From: Promethearchaeota archaeon | Lineage (GTDB): Archaea > Asgardarchaeota > Thorarchaeia > Thorarchaeales > Thorarchaeaceae | Direction of reading: 5' to 3' | Length of the DNA: 64,000 nucleotides | Assembly: GCA_014728035.1 (NCBI GenBank) | Contig: WJMJ01000018.1 | Span: 32,001 to 96,000 of the forward strand | Part shown: positions 19,507-27,413 of the stretch, in pieces | How positions within the stretch are numbered: position 1 is the stretch's first letter | Layout: each line of letters starts with the position of its first letter | Made by a program: the position numbers and the translations under genes | The notes under the pieces: generated by a model | What the model was told of the DNA's origin: nothing | Database searches by the model: none | Seen by the model: only the letters and a program-made list of their open reading frames with translations

Positions 19507-19794
19507 ATGCCAAAAGTTTGTTCAGAATGTGGAGATGCGATTCCTTCGGCAACAGCAAAACATCTTCAAAAACAGAGGTCTGACGACCGACTGGTCTGTC
19601 CTAAGTGTGTAAGCAAGCTTATCAAATCAAAAGAGTTGCATCACCCGATGTGTGAAAAATGTCGTGAACCAATAGATCCAGCTCTGCTACAAGCATATGC
19701 GGTATCAGGTCATAATGAGAACATGCCCTCATTCTGTGAGAAGTGTGGCAAGAAGGGCTCACCAAAACTTCCACCAAAACGTTTGTATGATTGA
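19507..19794 (+). CDS. Small zinc-finger protein (four CxxC)
   Basis: CSEC, CPKC, CEKC and CEKC pairs forming two similar halves. Confidence 0.65.
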   Translation: MPKVCSECGDAIPSATAKHLQKQRSDDRLVCPKCVSKLIKSKELHHPMCEKCREPIDPALLQAYAVSGHNENMPSFCEKCGKKGSPKLPPKRLYD

Positions 19795-20109
19795 ATAGCT
19801 CTCTTTGTTGGAATTTTTATCTTTGTGAGAATCTCAACAGCTGTATTTTGAATAACTCTATAATTAGATTAAAAATCGGATTTTCGCAATGTTAGAATCT
19901 TTAAATGAAACGCATGAGTAGAATACTCAGTGGCAAGATAGAAAGTATAAGTTAAATTGTGAATGGCTTTTCTCGGATGATATCGACCACATTTGACCAT
20001 TTTACATGTCGAATGGAAGATTCAGATTGCAAATTGTATATTACAAATCACAATCTATCCCGATATCGCAGACATGGATTTTGTAGGAAGTAATCAGATA
20101 CCAAAAATT

Positions 20110-20556
20110 CTAGTTTTCTGGAGGATATCTAGATGCATCTTCTTGCAACATACCTGAGGTTGTAGATTCTTCAAGAGTAGGCATGATAGAAAATCCAGCT
20201 GCTATGAAAAGAGCACCACCAACCCCCCAGGAAACCAAGAATAGGGCATCAGAGAATGTTACTGTACCATCGAGAGGGGGCATAAGCAATACGACAATAA
20301 ACATCATTGTAGCTATGACACCGGAGATTGCTAACATTGTTGGTTTTATTTTGCTCCTTTCTGGTTTGAGATACCCACCCAGACTAAAAATGAGAATTAA
20401 TGGTGCAGAGAGCAACCATGCTAGAAATGGAAATCTTTCCAGAATGTAACCAGGATTTGTGACCTCCAGATAGAGAAAATTGAAAAAATACGTGCTGAGG
20501 AGTAGTACACCTAACCAAAGAATGCAATATGATTCGCTGTCTTCTCTTAGTTTCAT
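20110..20556 (-). CDS. 4-TM membrane protein, translationally coupled to the GlcD-NuoB fusion gene
   Basis: Four hydrophobic segments; the RBS (TAGGTG) overlaps the stop codon of the upstream fusion gene; ATG at 20556. Confidence 0.7.
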   Translation of the reverse strand: MKLREDSESYCILWLGVLLLSTYFFNFLYLEVTNPGYILERFPFLAWLLSAPLILIFSLGGYLKPERSKIKPTMLAISGVIATMMFIVVLLMPPLDGTVTFSDALFLVSWGVGGALFIAAGFSIMPTLEESTTSGMLQEDASRYPPEN

Positions 20557-20565
20557 GATACACAC

Positions 20566-22506
20566 CTATGACAAGATACCTAACGCATCCTGATTTTCAT
20601 TCTTCATTTGCCAGTGAGTTGTTCCTGCTCTGATCTTATTCTGAAGAATCAGATGTGCTCGTATGAAATCTGAAGGCTTTGGCGGACAACCAGGTAGGTA
20701 AACATCAACTGGCACTACTTTATCTGGGGGAGTCATAAGTGAATATCCATCCCAAAATAGACCACCACTTGCAGCACATTGTCCAAAAGATATGACGAAT
20801 TTAGGCTCGGGCATTTGTTCGTAAATTCTTCTTAGACGGGGTGCCATCTTCTTCGTTAAACTACCCGATATCCACAGTACATCAGTCTGGCGAGGTCCAA
20901 ACAATGGAAGCATACCAAATCGTTCTACATCCCATCTGGATGCAACTCCAGCAGCACCATCAACCATACAACATCCAAGACCATATTGCACAGGCCATGG
21001 ACTATGAGCTCTCCCCCAGCGAAGAAGCCACTTTATTGGAGGTACGTTCTGAAACCACTTTAACAGAATCGGTGCAATCCTTCCAAATCCATTTCTAAGA
21101 AAATCAAAAGCAATCCACATGAAGTACTTTCCAATTCGAAGAATGAATGGAAGCCAATAAGCGAATATCTTCCCTGGATTCGATATTTCCTTTGGGTCAA
21201 ATTTCAATTTTGCACTTCGAATTCTGGCTAGTCTTTTCTTACCAAAGTATTCAGGAGCATAATTGGCAAACCATATTCCTGTAGAGTGGGCATGACCACC
21301 ATGCCGCTGTGCAATCTTGAAAATGACAAAACTCTGAGCCCAAGAAAGCATATAGAATCGTCTTCGTTCATCTTCCAAAAAATAACCCATCATCGTGACA
21401 CCTGCTTTAGATGTCACGTAACCATCCACACCAGCTTTAGCAGAGGCTTGTTCAAATTGAAAATCATCCAAGATTGCGTGAAGATTCTCAAGTGGAGCAA
21501 AGGCCTGACCAACAACGAGAGTGGGACCCGCCTTTTTGATCTTCATTGGATAGAAACGATCTTCCCATTCATGCTCCGCAACATGACGATCATAGATAGT
21601 TCCATGATATTCTTCAGTGACCTCACAAACAATTCGTAAACCAGCTTTGCGTTCATCCTCATTTCCATCAAAAGCAAATACAACAACACAGTGATGAACA
21701 GGGTAGGGGAAGGGTTCCTCCTCTTCCCATATCTTCTTCTTGAGATCAACATACTTGCTCTCTTTGAATTTGATTGTGTGAGGAATGGGAGCTTCTTCTA
21801 TTACCTTTTCAATAGCCATATTCATCAAATAATTTTCAGGAAAACTCACTACAATAGGGTCTATTGGAGTTAGAGGTTTACACTTCAGTTTAACCTTGGT
21901 AATTATTCCCAGAATTCCTTCTGTATCGCAAAATAGATCACGTTCTTTTGTCCTAACAATTTTTCCAGTAGGAAGAACAACTTCAAACTCAAGAACGCTG
22001 TCGTTAACAATACCGTATTTTAGTGAGCCAATACCATCTCCACCTTGTGCCACCCAGCCACCAATCGTAGCTGAAAGACCTGATGAGGGGTAGCATCTAA
22101 GATCGAGGTTTTGACGGTTTAGTTCATGTTGTAGATTTGCCCAAGATATACCAGGTTCTGTCCAGACCCATTCTTCTTCTGTATTGATTTCGAGAACGGC
22201 ATCCATCTCACGCATATCTACAATTATTCCCCCTTTCCGGGGAATAGCGCCTCCGTAGCCTGAGGTTCCTGCTCCCCGAGGTACTAATGGAATTTTCTCA
22301 TCATTAGCAAATTTGTAAAGAGCCTGCACCTCTCGAGGAGTTCTAGGACGCACTAACGCATCAGGGGTATTATTCATCAACCAGCCTACTTGTTTCGGAA
22401 GAGATCCGACATCTTGAGAATGGATTATAAGCTCGTGCTTTGCTGTAACTACACGACCTTGGAAAATCTCCAGAAGATTTTCAATCTGTTTATCCTTTAA
22501 TCCCAT
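20566..22506 (-). CDS. Fusion of a GlcD/D-lactate-dehydrogenase-like FAD oxidoreductase (FAD_binding_4 + FAD-oxidase_C) with C-terminal NuoB
   Basis: The N-terminal domain has PRGAGTS..GG..P, ATIGGW...GG.G..S.KYG and EG.LGIITK and ends at DP..I.NPGK. The C-terminal ~150 aa have W.R..S.WP...GL.CC, D.ERFG....PRQ.D, KMAP.LRR.YEQMPEPK.VI..G.CA.SGG.F and PVDVY.PGCPP.P, which identify NuoB. One uninterrupted frame. Confidence 0.93.
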   Translation of the reverse strand: MGLKDKQIENLLEIFQGRVVTAKHELIIHSQDVGSLPKQVGWLMNNTPDALVRPRTPREVQALYKFANDEKIPLVPRGAGTSGYGGAIPRKGGIIVDMREMDAVLEINTEEEWVWTEPGISWANLQHELNRQNLDLRCYPSSGLSATIGGWVAQGGDGIGSLKYGIVNDSVLEFEVVLPTGKIVRTKERDLFCDTEGILGIITKVKLKCKPLTPIDPIVVSFPENYLMNMAIEKVIEEAPIPHTIKFKESKYVDLKKKIWEEEEPFPYPVHHCVVVFAFDGNEDERKAGLRIVCEVTEEYHGTIYDRHVAEHEWEDRFYPMKIKKAGPTLVVGQAFAPLENLHAILDDFQFEQASAKAGVDGYVTSKAGVTMMGYFLEDERRRFYMLSWAQSFVIFKIAQRHGGHAHSTGIWFANYAPEYFGKKRLARIRSAKLKFDPKEISNPGKIFAYWLPFILRIGKYFMWIAFDFLRNGFGRIAPILLKWFQNVPPIKWLLRWGRAHSPWPVQYGLGCCMVDGAAGVASRWDVERFGMLPLFGPRQTDVLWISGSLTKKMAPRLRRIYEQMPEPKFVISFGQCAASGGLFWDGYSLMTPPDKVVPVDVYLPGCPPKPSDFIRAHLILQNKIRAGTTHWQMKNENQDALGILS

Positions 22507-22690
22507 TAGCAAACCTCTGAGGAGACTCTATTGCTTAGGAACAAACAGACCGATTTCATACATAAAAAGATAGCGAGTGATAAAAAAGGAACATGACAGA
22601 TAATTCCTCTTTCGGATACGTTAAAGATATTAGATGTGGTAAAGGAATGAAAAGATGTTCTGCTTTGTGTAAAAAGATGGAGCGATTTGA

Positions 22691-23914
22691 ATGGAATTTC
22701 CTTCACTAAAGAAACATGGATTAGATATCAACGCATTTACCTGTGCACAATGTAGTTTTTGCCAAGTGGGTCACGGAGCTTGTCCTACATACAAGGTAAA
22801 ACGTGTCGATAGCTACTCAGGGAAAGGTAAAATGCTAATCACTCGAGCATTAGCACAAAAGCGAATCAAAGAGAAGGAAGGTCTCCCGGGACTACGAGAT
22901 GCCATATTTGGATGCACCCTTTGCGGAGGATGCGAAGAAATTTGCCAAGTAGATATTCCGTTCGTAAAGATATACCAATTGATGCGGTCAGATTTCAAAG
23001 ATTTAGGAATGTGGCCTGAAGAATTGGAAGATGCTAAAGCAACTCTCACAAAGTCACGAAATATCCAAGGGCAACCACAAATGGACAGAATTGAAGGGTG
23101 GTCTTATTGGCATCCAGATGAAGATTATCTTCTGGATCGAGAAGGTGTGAAAAACAAAACTGCTTTCTTCTTGGGATGCGCTTCTTCATTCAAAGCAGTT
23201 CCAATTCAAGCCTCCATTGCCACAGCTATGATCATGGAGAAAATTGATGAGGAGTTCACCATGTTGGGGGAGGAGGAGTGGTGTTGCGGAGCCCCCCTAA
23301 TCATGACTGGGGATTTTGAAGGAGCAAAAGAATATGCAATGCATAACATCCAAAAATACCAAGAGCTAGGTGTTGAACGCATTTTCACGAATTGTCCGGG
23401 TTGTTACAAGATGTGGGCTCATGAGTACCATGAATTTCTGGGAATTGAGCATGAATTCGAAATAATCTACGGTGCAGACTTTTTCATGCGTTTACTTGAC
23501 TCTGGCAAATTCAATAATATCAGTAGCGATTACGAGGCAACAATTACATTCCACGACGGATGTGACGCGGGTAGAAATGCAGGTTTCTATGAGGAACCTC
23601 GAAAGGTACTGGAAAATTTACCGGGGATTACTTTGGAAGAATTACCTCATAATAAAGAAAATTGTTATTGTTGTGGTTCTGGTGGAGTTTTACGAGCTAT
23701 CGATAATGAATTTGCATTGAGTATAAACCACCTTAAGGTAGAAGATATCGAACAGACGAATACAGAGATAGTTGTATCTGCATGTCCTTCTTGTGTAGAC
23801 TTCATGCACAATCAACTCCCAAGTGCAGGCTCAGAAAAAGCTTCAATGGATCTTGCAGTAATAATAGCAAAATCGTTAGGTCTTGAGTGGGATGGATTAG
23901 ATGAAGTATACTAG
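22691..23914 (+). CDS. GlcF/HdrD-like Fe-S oxidoreductase (2x[4Fe-4S] plus two CCG domains)
   Basis: CAQCSFC......CP and CTLCGGCEEIC; GC, E.CCG, CPGC, HD.C..GR, CCG.GG and ACP.C motifs. Confidence 0.9.
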   Translation: MEFPSLKKHGLDINAFTCAQCSFCQVGHGACPTYKVKRVDSYSGKGKMLITRALAQKRIKEKEGLPGLRDAIFGCTLCGGCEEICQVDIPFVKIYQLMRSDFKDLGMWPEELEDAKATLTKSRNIQGQPQMDRIEGWSYWHPDEDYLLDREGVKNKTAFFLGCASSFKAVPIQASIATAMIMEKIDEEFTMLGEEEWCCGAPLIMTGDFEGAKEYAMHNIQKYQELGVERIFTNCPGCYKMWAHEYHEFLGIEHEFEIIYGADFFMRLLDSGKFNNISSDYEATITFHDGCDAGRNAGFYEEPRKVLENLPGITLEELPHNKENCYCCGSGGVLRAIDNEFALSINHLKVEDIEQTNTEIVVSACPSCVDFMHNQLPSAGSEKASMDLAVIIAKSLGLEWDGLDEVY

Positions 23915-23915
23915 T

Positions 23916-25019
23916 CTAATCCATGAATGATCTAATGTTAGATAGAATAGCTAGAAAGAGAGTCACTAGTAGCACAATCTCCCATGGAATCATTAAGCCT
24001 ACCAATAGATAGGATAGACAAAGAAGAATTCCTGTCAGCATATGGTTCTGAATAGTTCCTGCATTTGCAGGTACGAGTTCTGGAATATCATTATGGCTGG
24101 ATAAACATATCATTGATGATTTGACAGCTAAAGGAACGGTTACTAGAATGAGAAGAGTATGAAGTTGGACAAGCCCAAAAATTACTCCAATAATTATTGG
24201 AAGGTACGTTGCCGCCATGATTACAACATATCCTTTCGCAGCTCTTTTTCTTCCTAATCTTACAACCAATGTTTTCTTTTCTGCATCACGGTCTGCATCA
24301 TGGTCAGGAAATTCATTAATATAAAGAACGGCCATAATTAGAAAAGCAACAGGTAATGAAGCAATAATTGGTTCTAGTAATTCATAAACCAGCAGAAGAG
24401 GTATCGACATTATCGGTTCTTGAAGAATATTCTGAATTTGAATAGGATATTGTACATAATAAGACCCAACCACCATCAATGTTCCGAAATTCAATGCGAT
24501 GAAGAATTCTCCAATACCTCTAGTTACCAACCGAAATGGTGGAGCAGTATAAAAGAAACCACTTCCAATACCAACAATACCTAGAATAAGAATGAATACA
24601 CCAAGTTGCAAAAACAGATAGATACCGATACTTGCTCCGATTGCGAAGAAAACTAGTGAGCCGGATAGAACCTCACGAGGAGATAAGAATCCTTTCTGAA
24701 TCATTCTACTACCTCCAGTATAAGGCCGAATGAATTCTTTGTTGATATCATCAGAACCAGTCATATCCGTAGTATGATCAAAATAATCGTTGGATACATT
24801 CGCACCTATATGTAGACAAATTGCAGCAATCAGAGTTAGAAGAAAATAATCAAGCCTGAAAACAGAATGGAGACCCCATGCAATAGCTGCTCCGAGAAAC
24901 ACAGGGATAGTTGAAGCAGTTAGAAATGGTGCTCGAAGTTCGATTAGCCATGCTTTAATCTTTCCAGGATGCACCTCATCTACATCTGGGATATATTCGT
25001 CTTCAGTCACAGGAATCAA
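23916..25019 (-). CDS. menA: 1,4-dihydroxy-2-naphthoate prenyltransferase (UbiA family, MenA-like)
   Basis: LRAPFL.A...PV.LG, N..NDYFD, GGSR, YT.PP, G.GE and N...D...D....K.TL.VRLG motifs. Confidence 0.85.
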   Translation of the reverse strand: MIPVTEDEYIPDVDEVHPGKIKAWLIELRAPFLTASTIPVFLGAAIAWGLHSVFRLDYFLLTLIAAICLHIGANVSNDYFDHTTDMTGSDDINKEFIRPYTGGSRMIQKGFLSPREVLSGSLVFFAIGASIGIYLFLQLGVFILILGIVGIGSGFFYTAPPFRLVTRGIGEFFIALNFGTLMVVGSYYVQYPIQIQNILQEPIMSIPLLLVYELLEPIIASLPVAFLIMAVLYINEFPDHDADRDAEKKTLVVRLGRKRAAKGYVVIMAATYLPIIIGVIFGLVQLHTLLILVTVPLAVKSSMICLSSHNDIPELVPANAGTIQNHMLTGILLCLSYLLVGLMIPWEIVLLVTLFLAILSNIRSFMD

Positions 25020-25126
25020 CTATTGGTTTTTGATGCAGAAAGTTCCTTAATGACTGTATTGAAAAGTCCAAAATCACAATTGCTAATAGGATAATTGCGT
25101 AAGGAACGCATACCGGAGGAACTCTC

Positions 25127-26185
25127 TTGGAGGATAAAACTCAGAACCGGCCGCATCATGATGCATCAGATAGTGGTGGTCTGAGTAAGGAAGTACTACA
25201 CCATGATAAGGCGTTTCAAACATTATATAGACATTCTGGCCTTATTGAACGAGCAAGCAAGATTGAAAAGGCAATTCAAGATTTCATTCAAGAAAATATG
25301 GGGCAGCCTGAAATTCTCTATCAAGCAGCAAATCATCTTATTTTAGCAGGAGGAAAACGAACACGTTCACTTCTATCCTTGTTAGCTTGTGAAGCCGTAG
25401 ACGGAGATATTGAGAGAGCCCTTCCACTCACCATTGCAGCCGAGCTTTTACAAACAGCCTCACTGATTCATGATGACATTATTGATGCAGGAACAACTCG
25501 TAGAGGTGTTGAAGCTGTACATGAAAAATACGGAGATCACATCGCAATTCTAGCGGGAGACCTACTGATAGCAAAAGCGATAGAGATGATTGGTGAACAT
25601 GGAACAACTGAACTTCTACGTCATATTGGAAACGGTGGCGTTAGAATGTGTGAAGGAGAAGCCATCGACCTAGCATTAAGCACCGAAAAACCAAATGTGT
25701 ATTCTAAAGACCAATACTTTAAGATGATCGAGCTAAAGACAGTAGCATTTCTTAGCGAGTCAGCAAGATTAGGAGCTATGATGGGAGAAGGAAATGAAAA
25801 GCAAGTTGAAGCACTCTCAGAATTTGGTGAATATCTAGGATATGCATTTCAGATTCAAGATGATGTACTGGACTTGAGAGCTTCAATTGAAGAAATCGGG
25901 AAATCTCCATTTGCAGACCTAAAGACAAGGAGAAGCAATTTTCTTCTGGTTCATTCTCTAGAAACATCTGATAATTCTACAAGAAAATCAATCTGTGATG
26001 CTCTTGATAAAGGTCAATACGAACAGGCAGCGAATCTAGTTTTTGCTACAGGTGCCGAGGAAGAAGCAAAAAAGATTGCTAAAGAATACGTTGAGAAAGC
26101 CAAAAAAGTATTGAAAAAAGAAGAGTTGCAAAAAATCGAGTTACTCTTTGAGTTTGCAGATTCAGTTGTATCGCGTCAAAGATAA
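25127..26185 (+). CDS. trans-polyprenyl diphosphate synthase (probably long-chain)
   Basis: GGKR.R, first DDxxD (ASLIHDDIID...RRG), AILAGD, KT and second DDxxD (AFQIQDDVLD). Confidence 0.9.
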   Translation: MEDKTQNRPHHDASDSGGLSKEVLHHDKAFQTLYRHSGLIERASKIEKAIQDFIQENMGQPEILYQAANHLILAGGKRTRSLLSLLACEAVDGDIERALPLTIAAELLQTASLIHDDIIDAGTTRRGVEAVHEKYGDHIAILAGDLLIAKAIEMIGEHGTTELLRHIGNGGVRMCEGEAIDLALSTEKPNVYSKDQYFKMIELKTVAFLSESARLGAMMGEGNEKQVEALSEFGEYLGYAFQIQDDVLDLRASIEEIGKSPFADLKTRRSNFLLVHSLETSDNSTRKSICDALDKGQYEQAANLVFATGAEEEAKKIAKEYVEKAKKVLKKEELQKIELLFEFADSVVSRQR

Positions 26186-26198
26186 TTGCTTTTCTTTT

Positions 26199-27395
26199 TT
26201 AATCTAGTATCTTCATTAAAGGGACAATAATTTTCGATCCTAGTAAAACTGGAAAAGGTAACCTACATCGGATTAGCGGCTCAAGTAGAAAGGGGCCTGC
26301 TATTCCCATACTCAAATGTGTAATCAAATCGTTCGAGAGTATCTTATCTGCAATCTCACGAACCTTAACCGCATCAAATAATGTCTGCCCCATTTCTCTT
26401 TTCCATCGAATCTCGTAGTTTGATAATGAAGAAGAAGTATCCATCGAATCGATTATTGATTCGGCCGCAATTTCACCTCCAATAATAGCAGTAGGAATAC
26501 CTCCACCATTTGAAGCCATAACATGACCTGCTGCATCACCAACTAAGAGGGTGTTTTTTGTTGCTGTTATAGAAGCTGGGCCACCAATAGGAATGAGAGC
26601 TGATACTGAATGTTTCAAGGATGCATGCCTCATACATGGTTCAATCAATGGATTTCGCTTCATGAGATTCTTTAAGAAAACACGTAGAGGAAGACTCCGT
26701 TCATTGTAGAACTGCCTTAAGCCTAAGCCTAAATTCACTGACCCACCTCCTTTGGGAATAATCCATGCATATCCTCCAGGTGCAACCTGTTGACCGAAGT
26801 ACATCTCAGTTACAGACTGGTCACAAGCTGTGTCATCTAGTACGAATTGAATCGATTGACTAAATTGTGAATTAGAATGGAAATTCCCAATTGATTGGGA
26901 AATGATTGATTTGGGCCCATCAGCACCAACTATATATTTTGCAGCGAGCTCTTTAGTTCCTCGATTAGTCTTTACTAACAACCGATTCGATTCACTCTTT
27001 TCTAACACCCGAAACTGCAAATGTAGCTCAGCTCCTTGTTCAACTGCTCTTTTGACCAAGTGTTTGTCAAATCGAGCCCTATCGATGATATTTGCATTGA
27101 ACCTGAAACGCGTAATATTACCTCGTGGTGAAATCAAATGAGTCCAGTAAGTTCGATTAGTAATCAATTTGTCTGGAATGGTGGCAATTCGCTTCGCTCT
27201 TGGTGAATTAGGGAAGATATCTGAACATTCTCCCGGAGTTGGAAAATATTCTCCGCATTGTATAGGCATCCCAATTTCTTTTCTACGATCTAATAGCCCC
27301 ACTCTAATGTCATTCTCTGAAAGTATTCGAGCAGTAGTACTTCCAGCAGGTCCAGCACCGACGACTATTACGTCGTAGTCAATCTTTGCCATCAA
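26199..27395 (-). CDS. Geranylgeranyl reductase family flavoprotein
   Basis: VVGAGPAG, CG, IDR..FD..L, GADG..S, PGGY.WI.PK and LVGDAAG......GGGI motifs. Confidence 0.88.
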   Translation of the reverse strand: MMAKIDYDVIVVGAGPAGSTTARILSENDIRVGLLDRRKEIGMPIQCGEYFPTPGECSDIFPNSPRAKRIATIPDKLITNRTYWTHLISPRGNITRFRFNANIIDRARFDKHLVKRAVEQGAELHLQFRVLEKSESNRLLVKTNRGTKELAAKYIVGADGPKSIISQSIGNFHSNSQFSQSIQFVLDDTACDQSVTEMYFGQQVAPGGYAWIIPKGGGSVNLGLGLRQFYNERSLPLRVFLKNLMKRNPLIEPCMRHASLKHSVSALIPIGGPASITATKNTLLVGDAAGHVMASNGGGIPTAIIGGEIAAESIIDSMDTSSSLSNYEIRWKREMGQTLFDAVKVREIADKILSNDLITHLSMGIAGPFLLEPLIRCRLPFPVLLGSKIIVPLMKILD

Positions 27396-27413
27396 AAATC
27401 TCCAACATAGGAC

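Noticed and set aside
20566-22506. Frameshift or annotation artefact joining two separate genes
   Set aside because: Single open frame with no stop; no RBS plus start is evident before the NuoB domain; the linker looks like a structured amphipathic segment. An assembly chimera cannot be fully excluded without reads.
23916-27395. Archaeal ether-lipid synthesis cluster (DGGGP synthase, GGPP synthase, GGR)
   Set aside because: The UbiA protein has MenA-type motifs (NDYFD, GGSR, YT.PP, G.GE) and the synthase lacks the aromatic chain-length residue. A lipid role for the GGR alone remains possible.
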